From Candidatus Binatia bacterium (GTDB lineage: Bacteria > Desulfobacterota > Binatia > UBA9968 > CAXXLF01), in assembly GCA_963664015.2 (NCBI GenBank), contig CAXXLF010000002.1, forward strand, positions 1,248,001 to 1,312,000: a stretch of 64,000 nucleotides of DNA, written 5' to 3'. Position numbers and translations under genes: made by a program. Of the stretch, positions 37,068 through 48,509 are shown one piece after another (the first letter of the stretch is position 1; each line of letters begins with the position of its first letter). The notes under the pieces were generated by a model that had not been told where the DNA came from, did not search any database, and was given only the letters and a program-made list of their open reading frames with translations.

Positions 37068-38171
37068 CTATGTCGAGTCCGGACTTTGCAAGCGTTCGTT
37101 GTATTGGCACCATCCTTTCCCCCACCTGCGGCGAATCTCCTCCATGGGAGTTTGCCATTCTCTCATCCGTGTAAGCATCTCCAGTAAAAGGGCCCCCCCC
37201 CCTGCCGCGTCCCTCAAATGGATTCCCTCGGGCATGATTTTCGTATTTCCCTGGTTATGATAATTCCGTAACGGGATCGCAATACCTCCAGCGGCGTAGC
37301 CGTTCAACTGAAAGGGGGTCGCCTCACAGGTGCCGCCGTCCATGACCCTCCGCTGATACGAGAACTCCCCGTTCTGGTTTTGGAGTTCTCGCGCCACGAA
37401 GTCCATAAAGAGGACTGTTTGATGATGAAACACGCTTGTACGGTCGCCTAAACGAATCACCGGTCCACTACCAAGACGGATTCCCGACAGGGCCTTGCTA
37501 GTCTCAATTGAAATCACGGGGGTAGAAAGTGCGACAGCACTGGCCGCAATGACGCCGAGGGTACCGATGAACCCAACTTCTTCGGCACGACTAAAAATGC
37601 ACAGGAGACCGGTATCAAGAGCCCTTTCCTTGACCTCGGCCAAAGCAGCAAGCATGATGGCACATCCCACCAGATCGTCTGCCCCTTTGGTCGTAATCAA
37701 TTCGCCGTTCAGCCTGTAAGGGACAAGGTCCCAGGTTCCAAAATCTCCCGGCTCGACGGTTCCGTTCACTTTTACCGTCATCTTATCGACTCGTCCCTGA
37801 GTGTTCAGGTCAATCCCCTCGATACGCCCCTTGGCCCGAACGTCACCCGAGTTCTTATCGTAAACAACGACTCTTGCACCCATAAAATATTTGGGGTCCA
37901 CACCACCGTACCACTGGGCCTGAGTTTGTCCCGTCTCGGCAGCCACAATCTCGAAACCGGGATGATCCATATGGGCCACCCAGGCTGTCTGAGTCATATG
38001 GGTCGGACCATAGTGAACGAGGATATTCCCGTATCGGTCCAATTGAGGGTCCAGATCCAGCGCCTTGCATTCCTCATAGATAAAGGCGCTGACAAATTGC
38101 TCGTGAAAGGGCGCCGTGGGTAGAGGAAGGATCCTCTCCAGAATGCCCAATAAATGGTCAACCTTCTTCAT
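37068..38171 (-). CDS. M20/M28/M42-like metallo-hydrolase
   Basis: PTAPFHE, AHMDHPG, ADDLVG, RAEEVG, GGTCEAT, NYHN. Confidence 0.82.
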   Translation of the reverse strand: MKKVDHLLGILERILPLPTAPFHEQFVSAFIYEECKALDLDPQLDRYGNILVHYGPTHMTQTAWVAHMDHPGFEIVAAETGQTQAQWYGGVDPKYFMGARVVVYDKNSGDVRAKGRIEGIDLNTQGRVDKMTVKVNGTVEPGDFGTWDLVPYRLNGELITTKGADDLVGCAIMLAALAEVKERALDTGLLCIFSRAEEVGFIGTLGVIAASAVALSTPVISIETSKALSGIRLGSGPVIRLGDRTSVFHHQTVLFMDFVARELQNQNGEFSYQRRVMDGGTCEATPFQLNGYAAGGIAIPLRNYHNQGNTKIMPEGIHLRDAAGGGALLLEMLTRMREWQTPMEEIRRRWGKGWCQYNERLQSPDST

Positions 38172-38190
38172 GAACAGATCCGGCAGTCTG

Positions 38191-38541
38191 CTATCCTTTT
38201 CCTTGTTCTTTTTTTTGTTCGTCCAATTGCCGCCTCCACCCCAGTGTTCTTGCCTTAGCGGCAATTTCTTCAGCCTCTGCTATCATTCCCTTGCGCTGAT
38301 AAAAGATCGATAGGCTCGTGTGGGCCAATTCGTCGTCGGGAGTCACTTGAATCAACCGCTTGCCGATCTCGATGGCCTCATCCAGCTTCTCCTGGTTGGC
38401 ATACGCCATGGCCAGGGCGTGAAGGGCATCCGCATAGTTGGGATCCTTCTCCAGGGCTTCCTGATAGGCTTCAATGGCTTCGTCCATCTTTTCCTCAGCA
38501 TAGAGATCCATACCCCGATTTAAACAGTCCTCTTTGATCAT
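38191..38541 (-). CDS. TPR repeat protein
   Basis: EAIEAYQEALEKDPNYADALHALAMAY; start chosen at MIKEDC. Confidence 0.85.
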   Translation of the reverse strand: MIKEDCLNRGMDLYAEEKMDEAIEAYQEALEKDPNYADALHALAMAYANQEKLDEAIEIGKRLIQVTPDDELAHTSLSIFYQRKGMIAEAEEIAAKARTLGWRRQLDEQKKEQGKG

Positions 38542-38689
38542 TATCCTTGTTCCCTCCAGCGGTTTCCCCGGTGTGCCCAGACCGCATAAAAAGTCTATCC
38601 CACTACACGCAGGCCAGCAACTGTGGCAAATGGCGACTGAAATTTTTTTCTTGCAGGATCCCCCCGAAAGCATCATCATTAGGAAAGAT

Positions 38690-38845
38690 ATGTCCATGCG
38701 TCCCACTCGAGATACCCGACAACTCACCTGGCTTATGGCATGGGCCGTCGTCTTCTGCGATATTGGCACCTCAGTCTATTACGTTCCAGGGATCCTCTAC
38801 GGCAATGTCCATAACAAGACCCCGTTTTTCGTCCTTATCTTGTAA
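38690..38845 (+). pseudogene. Truncated APC-family permease N-terminus
   Basis: LTWLMAWAVVFCDIGTSVYYVPGILY resembles TM1 of KimA/YdaO-like APC permeases; stops after 51 codons. Confidence 0.6.
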
Positions 38846-38885
38846 TATTATTGAATCGTAGGTAAGCATAGCTACTGACGCATTT

Positions 38886-40586
38886 ATGAAGTTTATCCCC
38901 AGCCAGCTAGCCTATTTTTTCACGGAACCGGACGCCCGTCGCAACACGTGGGCGCTGGGCAAATACCTGTTTTTTATATTTTTCGTGATCGTGGTCTATT
39001 CCGTCGTCTTTCATATCATTATGTTGCACGCGGAAGGGCACGAGCATTCCTGGGTCACCGGCTTTTACTGGACGCTCACGGTGATGACCACCTTGGGCTT
39101 TGGAGACATTACCTTTCAAACCGACGTGGGACGACTTTTCAGTATCCTTGTTTTACTGTCCGGCATCATCCTTCTTTTGATTGTTTTACCGTTCGCCTTC
39201 ATTCGTTTTTTTTACGCACCCTGGCTTGAGGCAAGGGTGCGTCTGCAGGCACCCCGTGAGGCTCCCGAGGACTCGGAAGGGCACGTGATCATTTGTAACT
39301 ATGGCGATATCGCCCCGGGGCTCATCGACCGGCTGAACTTCCACGGGATTCCTTACACTGTAATCGAACCGGATCCGACGGAGGCCGGCCGTATGCACGG
39401 AGACGGGATCTCGGTAGTGACTGGAGAGGTCGACAGCCCGGCAACCTATCAAGCACTGAAGACGTCAAAGGCCCGTTTGGTCTTCGCCAATCGAAACGAT
39501 ACCATGAATACCAACATTACACTGACGGTACGAGAAATCGCCCCCGCCGTGCCCGTCGTCGCCGTGATTGAAGAGGAAGACTCGGCGGATATCCTGGAAT
39601 TGGCCGGCTGTTCGCATGTGCTACCGCTCAAGCAGCGACTGGGAGAGCGCCTGGCCAATCGGGTCAATGCCGGACATTCGGAGGCCCACGTCATCGGCAC
39701 ATTCCGGGACCTCCAACTTGCCGAGTTTCCCGTGCACAACACCCCACTGGCTGGCCGCACCATTCGGGACATTGGATTAAGGGAGGCCATCGGCATCAAT
39801 ATCGTGGCCGTTTGGGAACGAGGCCGGCTGCTACCAGCTCACCCCGATACGGTCCTATCCAATTCCAGTGTCACAGTGGTGGTGGGGACGCCTTCGCAGA
39901 TACTGGAACTCAACACCCTACTGGTTATTTACGATACCAACTACAATCCGGTTTTGGTTATTGGTGGGGGGAAGGTCGGCCAAGCGACTGCCCGTGAGTT
40001 TAAGAAAAAAGGCATTCCGGTCTACATCGTGGAGCGCAACGAGTCCATGCGTGACCCCATTGGGGACATCCCGGATCGGCTTTTCATTGGTGACGCAGCG
40101 GATCGCGAAGTCCTCATGGGGGCAGGTTTAAATGAGGCCCCGTCGGTTATCCTCACGACTAATGACGATGCGATGAACATCTATCTAGCGGTTTATTGCC
40201 GGCGGCTCAACCCGGAGCTACGCATTGTCAGCCGTATTACCCACGAGCGGAACATCGAAGCCATTCACCGAGCGGGTGCAGACTTTGCGCTCAGCTACGC
40301 TTCTCTGGGCATGGAGTACGTCTTTTCTATACTGCAAGGCCGCGAATTAATGGTACTGGGAGAAGGAGTCGAGCTCTTCGCTGCCCAACTCCCGCCATCC
40401 TTGGCAGGACAGACATTGGCCCAGAGCGCCATTGCCACCCGTACGGGTCTCACTGTTATCGGTATTCAACACAACGAAAAGGTTACAAGCAACCCGCCCC
40501 CTTCGACAACCCTGTCGCCGGGAAGCGAGTTGCTCTTATTAGGCAACACTCGACAGCGCCAGGCCTTCACCGACGCCTTCAGCTGA
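38886..40586 (+). CDS. Potassium channel with tandem RCK (TrkA_N/TrkA_C) domains
   Basis: Selectivity filter TMTTLGFGDI, 2-TM pore, two RCK modules (IGGGKVG in the second). Confidence 0.92.
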   Translation: MKFIPSQLAYFFTEPDARRNTWALGKYLFFIFFVIVVYSVVFHIIMLHAEGHEHSWVTGFYWTLTVMTTLGFGDITFQTDVGRLFSILVLLSGIILLLIVLPFAFIRFFYAPWLEARVRLQAPREAPEDSEGHVIICNYGDIAPGLIDRLNFHGIPYTVIEPDPTEAGRMHGDGISVVTGEVDSPATYQALKTSKARLVFANRNDTMNTNITLTVREIAPAVPVVAVIEEEDSADILELAGCSHVLPLKQRLGERLANRVNAGHSEAHVIGTFRDLQLAEFPVHNTPLAGRTIRDIGLREAIGINIVAVWERGRLLPAHPDTVLSNSSVTVVVGTPSQILELNTLLVIYDTNYNPVLVIGGGKVGQATAREFKKKGIPVYIVERNESMRDPIGDIPDRLFIGDAADREVLMGAGLNEAPSVILTTNDDAMNIYLAVYCRRLNPELRIVSRITHERNIEAIHRAGADFALSYASLGMEYVFSILQGRELMVLGEGVELFAAQLPPSLAGQTLAQSAIATRTGLTVIGIQHNEKVTSNPPPSTTLSPGSELLLLGNTRQRQAFTDAFS

Positions 40587-40600
40587 GGATTGGAAACTGG

Positions 40601-41683
40601 TTATGCGGCCGTCTGGGTTATCAGCGGCCGGTAGTGGCCTCCCTTGGAAACCGGCGCGAGATCCTTGATGATGGTCTCCCAATGCTCGCCGCCATCTTTG
40701 CTCCAAAGAATCGTACCACCCGTGGTGCCGGCAAAGACCTGCGCTTGGCCGCCTGCGTCTTCGAGACACATGGCTTCGACGCTGTGCTGCATCTTGTCCT
40801 GCAGGCCGCCGCTCAAAACTTCCCAAGTAGCGCCTCCGTCGCGGCTCCTCGAAATCCTTGAATTCGCCCTGTGCTCAGTCCGCCATGCCCCGGGGCTCTT
40901 CTCCCCAGCAGAGATCAACATGTAATTGGGGTCGCTAGGCTTGAAGACCAGCTGGTCCGGATAGCCACCGTATTCGCTACCGGGGCTGAAGGTGTTTTCC
41001 CAAGTTGCGCCATCGTCTTTAGTCTGCCACAGACCCTGACCGCCGGTAACGTAGAGGTGCTTGGGGTTTTGGGGATTGACGATACAACGGTGCACGTCCT
41101 CGTAGACCCCGTCCAGCTCCTTCCAGGTCACACCGCCGTCAGTGCTCTTCAACAGGGCCCCGACCTCGATACTGCCGAAAATCGTGTTCGAATTTCCCGG
41201 CTGGAAACTGATGTGCTTCAAGTGCGGTGTATGGGGCGGTGCGGGAAAGGTCCATTTTTCACGACTGGGCACGCTTTTGAGACCAGGTCGTTCCGTCCAG
41301 TTCTGGCCGAGATCGTCGCTGATAAAAAGGGAGGCCGGCTCGGTCCCCGCAAAGAGTCTAACCTTGCCGTCCACGCGGGCCTTTGAAAGGCTGTAAATGT
41401 CATTTTCGGTGAGACCTTTGTCACGCTGTTCCCAGCTCTTACCACCGTCGGAGCTAGCGAAGATCCCCCCCTTGGTAACCCCTGCAAACCACTGGCCGCT
41501 TCCCTCTTCAAAGAGAAGTGCATGGACGTGCTTACCCTGGAGTGAGCGATTTGTCACCTTCCAGCCAGAACCTTCACGATCAATTGTCACGACACCGTCA
41601 AGGGTACCGACCAAGACCTGCGTGCTTAACGAACCTGAACTTAAGATGGTGTCACCACCACCATGGGATAGAGAAATAGCCAT
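40601..41683 (-). CDS. BNR/Asp-box beta-propeller protein
   Basis: Repeated SxDGGxxW motifs; FAGTEPA, WTFPAPP. Confidence 0.85.
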   Translation of the reverse strand: MAISLSHGGGDTILSSGSLSTQVLVGTLDGVVTIDREGSGWKVTNRSLQGKHVHALLFEEGSGQWFAGVTKGGIFASSDGGKSWEQRDKGLTENDIYSLSKARVDGKVRLFAGTEPASLFISDDLGQNWTERPGLKSVPSREKWTFPAPPHTPHLKHISFQPGNSNTIFGSIEVGALLKSTDGGVTWKELDGVYEDVHRCIVNPQNPKHLYVTGGQGLWQTKDDGATWENTFSPGSEYGGYPDQLVFKPSDPNYMLISAGEKSPGAWRTEHRANSRISRSRDGGATWEVLSGGLQDKMQHSVEAMCLEDAGGQAQVFAGTTGGTILWSKDGGEHWETIIKDLAPVSKGGHYRPLITQTAA

Positions 41684-41905
41684 AACCGTTGCTCCTTTCA
41701 GGCCGCCCTTGGGATGGTTGCGGCCAAAACCCTTTCATGGACAATAATCAACATAAATTCCATTCGGGACTATCGAGCACAAGACTGCACTTGCCGCTCG
41801 TTTGCGAGGAGTCTATCCAACACCGCACGGCTGTGTCAAGGTCACGAATCAAGAGATTATCTTAAAACGAGCCAGGCTCATGGTAAACTCGTCAAGGGTC
41901 TTTGT

Positions 41906-42607
41906 CTAGGAAATGACGCAGGAAAGCAATGTCTCGACAGCCGCTTCCGTATCGGTAAAGTCGGATACGCAGCCATCGGGTCCTAAAAGGTAAAGCTCCT
42001 CGAAGGGATATCGGCCGGTACCCACCAGAAGACACTTCATTTGGTTCCGCCTCGCCGCTTCGAGATCTTTGGGCGTATCGCCGACGATAAGGCAACGCTC
42101 GGCAGGAATCGGCTCTCCAAGGGCTTGCTCCCACCTTTCTCTGGCTATGACTGGCAAGTCGGGCCGGTTCGGGGAGTCGCTACCAAAGGCACCGATACTC
42201 AAATACTCACTCAATCCGACCGCTTCGAGCTTCAGTTTGCCCGTAATCTCCAGGTTTCCCGTAACAATCCCTTGGTAAACCCCTTCCTTTGCCTCCAGTT
42301 CCCGCAAAAGCTCTCGAACTCCGGGAAGTGAATGGAACCGGGTCCGCCCCTCTTGGATATTTTCGGAATAACTCTTGTGAAGGTTCACAGCAAAGGCAGC
42401 CCACTGATCCGCGGTTATCTCCAGATCGACGTTGGCTGTGGCAAAGATCTCTTCCAGGATCACTGGATCCGTGTTGCCGTCGGGAATGACCGATCGAATA
42501 TCCCCGGGGACCCCGAAGGTTTTTTCAATGGCCTGATTGAACGGAATGAACCCATTATGGGAGCGCAGAACGGTCCCATCGAGATCGAATAATATGAGAA
42601 CTTGCAT
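41906..42607 (-). CDS. HAD-superfamily hydrolase
   Basis: LFDLDGT, VTGN, GAFGSD, VGDTPKD. Confidence 0.9.
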   Translation of the reverse strand: MQVLILFDLDGTVLRSHNGFIPFNQAIEKTFGVPGDIRSVIPDGNTDPVILEEIFATANVDLEITADQWAAFAVNLHKSYSENIQEGRTRFHSLPGVRELLRELEAKEGVYQGIVTGNLEITGKLKLEAVGLSEYLSIGAFGSDSPNRPDLPVIARERWEQALGEPIPAERCLIVGDTPKDLEAARRNQMKCLLVGTGRYPFEELYLLGPDGCVSDFTDTEAAVETLLSCVIS

Positions 42608-42893
42608 TATCTTATTCGAGGGAAATTATTGCCACAATTTCCAAGGACCGGCAACCCCGTTCCCCGAAGGTCTTTGCTTCCTCGGCGAACGAGCCCAAAT
42701 ACGCAACTAGTTATCAGTCATAAGATCCGAACCTCTTTCTGCCATCTGCATACAGCCAACTTTCTTTCTTTTTGGGCTATGCGATTTGTTTATGAGCCGT
42801 TCCGTATTGCACTCAAAAGCATTCGGTGCCAGATTAGGGATGGCATGGGAGCGGCGGTGGACAGCAAAACGTACCGCAAAAGGAGCACCGACA

Positions 42894-43364
42894 ATGATTG
42901 AGAAGGCAACCTTTGCAGCAGGCTGTTTCTGGGGCGTTGAAGCGGCCTTCCGACGAGTCAAGGGAGTCACAACCACAGCGGTGGGCTATACCGGTGGTCA
43001 TCATAAAAACCCAACCTATGAAGACGTCTGCTCCGGATCCACAGGCCACGCGGAGGCCGTCCTGGTCGAATACGACCCTGCTCAGGTCTCATACGATGAT
43101 CTGCTCGCCGTGTTTTGGGGCAACCATGATCCCACCACTCCCAATCAACAAGGCCCGGATATCGGAGAACAGTACCGGTCCGCCATGTTTTTTCACAATT
43201 CAGGACAGAAGGAACGTGCGGAAGCTTCCAAAAGCGAGTTGGGAGCGAGCGGCCGGTTCAAACGTCCGATTGTTACCGAGATTACACCCGCCGCAGAATT
43301 TTTCCCGGCGGAAGATTACCATCAGCAGTATTTTGAAAAACGCGGGAATTCCTCCCACTTCTAA
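42894..43364 (+). CDS. msrA: Peptide methionine sulfoxide reductase A
   Basis: [22 protein letters not shown]; SD AGGAG. Confidence 0.95.
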   Translation: MIEKATFAAGCFWGVEAAFRRVKGVTTTAVGYTGGHHKNPTYEDVCSGSTGHAEAVLVEYDPAQVSYDDLLAVFWGNHDPTTPNQQGPDIGEQYRSAMFFHNSGQKERAEASKSELGASGRFKRPIVTEITPAAEFFPAEDYHQQYFEKRGNSSHF

Positions 43365-43366
43365 CG

Positions 43367-43747
43367 TTATCGGCGATCAATAAAGCCCTCGCTATAGTCG
43401 CGACTCCTTTTCATCTGCCCCTGTTCGATGGTCTGGGCATCGATGGACCACGGCCCCGAGCAACTCGCTTCCATGATCGCGGTGGCTCGCGCGTAATCTC
43501 TCCCTGCACTGGCGCCCATAACGACAAATCCCATTCCCGTATCGGCAACGCATAAGACTCCACGCAACGGAATATTCACGGCGGTGATCAAACCCGCCAT
43601 GAACAATTTCCCCATGCTGGGACTAGGGGCATGAGTGGACGGTGGTATTTGATCTTGGGACGGCAGTGGACCCGAATGCATTATGATGAGAAATAGAATC
43701 ACAAAAAAATCCGTCCTTTTTTCATGGATAGTTCCCCGATTGGACAA
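43367..43747 (-). CDS. Hypothetical exported/membrane protein
   Basis: 126-aa ORF filling the msrA-ggt gap with a hydrophobic N-terminus; start uncertain. Confidence 0.4.
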   Translation of the reverse strand: MSNRGTIHEKRTDFFVILFLIIMHSGPLPSQDQIPPSTHAPSPSMGKLFMAGLITAVNIPLRGVLCVADTGMGFVVMGASAGRDYARATAIMEASCSGPWSIDAQTIEQGQMKRSRDYSEGFIDRR

Positions 43748-43869
43748 TGCCTTTAAAGCGACCGGACTGGGACCTCAAGCAGGCTCACGCTACCACGATC
43801 GCGTTCAGGCTCCAATATTATTTATTGCAAAAATGATGTTAAAGATCTAAACAAAGAACTGTAATAACC

Positions 43870-45576
43870 ATGAGATTCAAGGCTTACCTATTTATTGCCT
43901 TCCTCGTTCCGGCACTGGTGCTCCCCGCCTTTGCCCAACAGCACCCGGCGGGGATTGTGGTCTCCGATACCTCACTGGCGACCGAGGCGGGGATGAAAAT
44001 CCTCCAGCAGGGCGGCAACGCGGTGGATGCCGCTGTGGCCACGGCTTTTGCACTTGGAGTGGTCAGCCCGGCAGGTTCGGGATTGGGAGGTGGCGGCCTC
44101 ATGGTGATTTACCAATCCAAGGAGCGAAAGGCCCACGCCCTGGATTTCCGCGAGACTGCGCCGGCAGCAGCGAAAGAGGACCTTTATGTGAAAGATGGAA
44201 AGGTCATGCGGGGCCTCAGCCTCAAGGGACCTCTTGCAGTGGCCGTGCCCGGACAGGTCGCCGGGCTGGCTGAGGTGTTGAAGCGGTTTGGAACTCTTCC
44301 CCTCGAAACCGTGCTCTCACCGGCCATCCGTTACGCAACGGAAGGCTTCCCCGTTCATGCCCCACTGCTCCGAGCGGTCAATCGTCATCGAACCGCCATG
44401 CTCGAGCTTCCCAATTTCTCTCGTATTTTTCTCAAGGCGGACGGCACCCCTTACCAAGAGGGGGAGATGCTCCGTCAGCCCGAACTTGGGCAGACCCTGA
44501 CGGCTATTGCCCGTAATGGCCCTCAGGTGTTTTACGAGGGATGGATCGCGAAGGCCATCGCCGCACACATACAACAAAAAGGTGGGATCTTGACCGCCGA
44601 AGACTTAAAAACCTACAAACCGGTCTGGAGAGGGCCGCTCTTGGGCAACTATCGCAATCGGCTGGTGGTCACGATGCCACCCCCCAGTTCAGGAGGAGTC
44701 GCCCTGCTTGAAATGCTAAACGTATTGGAGGGCTACCGTCTCAAGGAGCTTCGTCACAACTCATCCACGTATCTCCATCTCCTAACCGAAACCTCAAAAC
44801 ACGCCTTTGCCGATCGGGCCCAATACCTGGGGGATCCAGATTTTGTTAAAATCCCCAGCTCGAAACTCTTGTCCAAGAACTATGCGTCCCAGTTACGCAC
44901 CCGTATTTCTTCGGTCCGCACTCACAGCTCCGATTACTATGGCCTGGCTGCGTATAAGGAAGAGCGGGGAGGGACAACCCACTTTGGTGTGTTGGATAAG
45001 AACGGCAATGCCGTGGCATGTAGCCTGACAATCAATACCAGCTTCGGTTCCAAGGTGCTGGTACGGGAGACAGGCGTAATTCTCAACAACGAGATGGACG
45101 ACTTTTCTATCAGCCCGGGCGTTCCAAATACCTACGGGCTCGTTGGTGGCCAGGCAAACTCGGTCCAACCTAAAAAGCGCCCGCTGAGCAGCATGACCCC
45201 GACCATCATTCTTGAGAACGAGCGGCCCATTTTGATTGTTGGTGCCTCGGGGGGGCCCCGCATTATCAGTGGCACGGTTCAGACCATCCTCAACGTCTTG
45301 GAATTTAGCATGTCCGTCAAAGAGGCTGTTGCAGCCCCCCGCATCCACCATCAGTGGAAGCCCAACACGCTGATAGTCGAAAAGGATATCCCGGCGAGCA
45401 CCCGAGCCTCGCTCAAACGTCGAGGCCACAATGTCCAACAAAGGCGCTCGGTCGGAACGGTTCAGGCGGTCTTGGTCAGGCAAGGGAAGATCAGCGGAGC
45501 CGCCGACCCAAGAAGGACGAGGCGCAATGTTGCTACGAACTCAGTTGGAAACGGGAAGAAAACCAAAAAGCGTTGA
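43870..45576 (+). CDS. ggt: Gamma-glutamyltransferase
   Basis: Signal peptide, GGNAVDAAVA, DFRETAP, TTHF nucleophile, NNEMDDF, RPLSSMTP. Confidence 0.95.
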   Translation: MRFKAYLFIAFLVPALVLPAFAQQHPAGIVVSDTSLATEAGMKILQQGGNAVDAAVATAFALGVVSPAGSGLGGGGLMVIYQSKERKAHALDFRETAPAAAKEDLYVKDGKVMRGLSLKGPLAVAVPGQVAGLAEVLKRFGTLPLETVLSPAIRYATEGFPVHAPLLRAVNRHRTAMLELPNFSRIFLKADGTPYQEGEMLRQPELGQTLTAIARNGPQVFYEGWIAKAIAAHIQQKGGILTAEDLKTYKPVWRGPLLGNYRNRLVVTMPPPSSGGVALLEMLNVLEGYRLKELRHNSSTYLHLLTETSKHAFADRAQYLGDPDFVKIPSSKLLSKNYASQLRTRISSVRTHSSDYYGLAAYKEERGGTTHFGVLDKNGNAVACSLTINTSFGSKVLVRETGVILNNEMDDFSISPGVPNTYGLVGGQANSVQPKKRPLSSMTPTIILENERPILIVGASGGPRIISGTVQTILNVLEFSMSVKEAVAAPRIHHQWKPNTLIVEKDIPASTRASLKRRGHNVQQRRSVGTVQAVLVRQGKISGAADPRRTRRNVATNSVGNGKKTKKR

Positions 45577-45583
45577 TTGCTTT

Positions 45584-46912
<1,329 letters not shown>

Positions 46913-48505
46913 TTAGAGCCTGACAAGTTGTGCCGAAAGGATATTCGGTAGGCGTCGCAACGCCTCGAGAACGTCTTTAGGTACCGAATGGTCTACATGG
47001 ATAAGAGAAATTGCAATTTCCCCACCATCTTCCTGCCCCAGTTCGAGCCCCGCGATATTGATGCCTTTTTCACCCAAAAGGGTTCCCAGTGCACCTACGA
47101 CCCCGGGCACATCCCGATTACGGAGAATGAGGATGTTGCCTTCAGGGACCGCCTCCAGATAGGTGTCGTTGATCTTGACGATCCTCGCTTTGTTATTTCC
47201 AAAGATCGCGCCTTCCACTTTGACCTCTTTGTCCTGGGTCGCGGCTCGTACCGTAATGGAGCTAGCGAAATCACTTGGGCGGCTACTTTTTGACTCCACG
47301 ACTCGTATTCCTCTCTCACGAGCCAGGAGCGGGGCGTTCACGTAGTTGACGCTCGACTCCATCACCGGCGTCAAAATCCCTTTCAAGACCGACAGGGTCA
47401 GAGGAGCCACGTCGTATTGGGCAACCTCTCCTGCGTATTCGATCTGCACTTCTTTAGGGACCGTGCCCAGCATCTGGGCCGGGAAGCTCCCAAGTTTTTC
47501 CCCCAGGATCAGGTAGGGCCTCAGTATGTTCAAGAGTTCCGGACTGACCGAAGGAACGTTAACCGCAAACCGGATAACCCCATGTGTAAGATAGTCCACC
47601 ACCTGCTTGGCCACCTCTATGCCTACGTTGAGCTGGGCTTCATCGGTAGAGGCCCCCAGATGCGGCGTCGTGATCACCTGGTCCATATGGAGGAACGGGT
47701 GATCCGGCGGAGGGGGTTCCTCGACAAATACATCAAGGGCTGCACCTGCGACTTTTCCATCCTGAAGGGCTTGAATCAGATCCTGCTCATCCACTATCCC
47801 GCCACGGGCGCAATTGATGATTCGGACCCCCTCCTTCATTTTGGCAATGGCGTTACGGTCAATGAGGCCACGGGTCTCATCGGTCAACGGGGTATGCACT
47901 GTAATAAAGTCGGCGTTCTTATAGATGTCATCCAGGCTCGCCAGGGTGACGCCAAGCCGTGCGGCATTTTCAGCAGTCACAAACGGGTCGTGGCCGAGGA
48001 CTTTCATCCTCAAGCCCAGGGCTCTCTCCGCCACAATCCGCCCCACGTTGCCGAGACCGACGATGCCGAGGGTCTTGTTGCAAAGCTCCACGCCGATGAA
48101 CTTCTGCCGCGTCCACTTCCCGCTTTTGAGGGAACTCACGGCCTGAGGGATATGGCGAGCTAGAGACATCATCAGGCAAATGGCATGTTCCGCCGTGGTG
48201 ACGTTGTTGCCGCCCGGGGTGTTCATGACCACGATGCCCTTTTTGCTAGCCGCTGCGATGTCGATATTTTCAACCCCGACTCCGGCCCTCCCGATAACCT
48301 TCAAATTTTGAGCGGCATCTACTACCTCTGCCGTCACCTTGGTACCGCTACGGATGACCAGGCCCTGGTAATCCCCGATCACCTTCTTAAGTTCCTCGGG
48401 AGACAAACCGGGGCGTAGATCAACATCAATGCCAGGGGTTTGTTTAAAAACCTGCAAGCCTTCTTCCGGCAAAGGATCGGTGACGAGAATCTTCATGTTG
48501 CTCAT
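46913..48505 (-). CDS. serA: D-3-phosphoglycerate dehydrogenase
   Basis: GRAGVG, GLGNVG, NCARGG, TPHLGAST, ASB and ACT domains. Confidence 0.96.
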   Translation of the reverse strand: MSNMKILVTDPLPEEGLQVFKQTPGIDVDLRPGLSPEELKKVIGDYQGLVIRSGTKVTAEVVDAAQNLKVIGRAGVGVENIDIAAASKKGIVVMNTPGGNNVTTAEHAICLMMSLARHIPQAVSSLKSGKWTRQKFIGVELCNKTLGIVGLGNVGRIVAERALGLRMKVLGHDPFVTAENAARLGVTLASLDDIYKNADFITVHTPLTDETRGLIDRNAIAKMKEGVRIINCARGGIVDEQDLIQALQDGKVAGAALDVFVEEPPPPDHPFLHMDQVITTPHLGASTDEAQLNVGIEVAKQVVDYLTHGVIRFAVNVPSVSPELLNILRPYLILGEKLGSFPAQMLGTVPKEVQIEYAGEVAQYDVAPLTLSVLKGILTPVMESSVNYVNAPLLARERGIRVVESKSSRPSDFASSITVRAATQDKEVKVEGAIFGNNKARIVKINDTYLEAVPEGNILILRNRDVPGVVGALGTLLGEKGINIAGLELGQEDGGEIAISLIHVDHSVPKDVLEALRRLPNILSAQLVRL

Positions 48506-48509
48506 ATAA

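Noticed and set aside
42894-43364. MsrA as a selenoprotein
   Set aside because: The active site is encoded by TGT (Cys)
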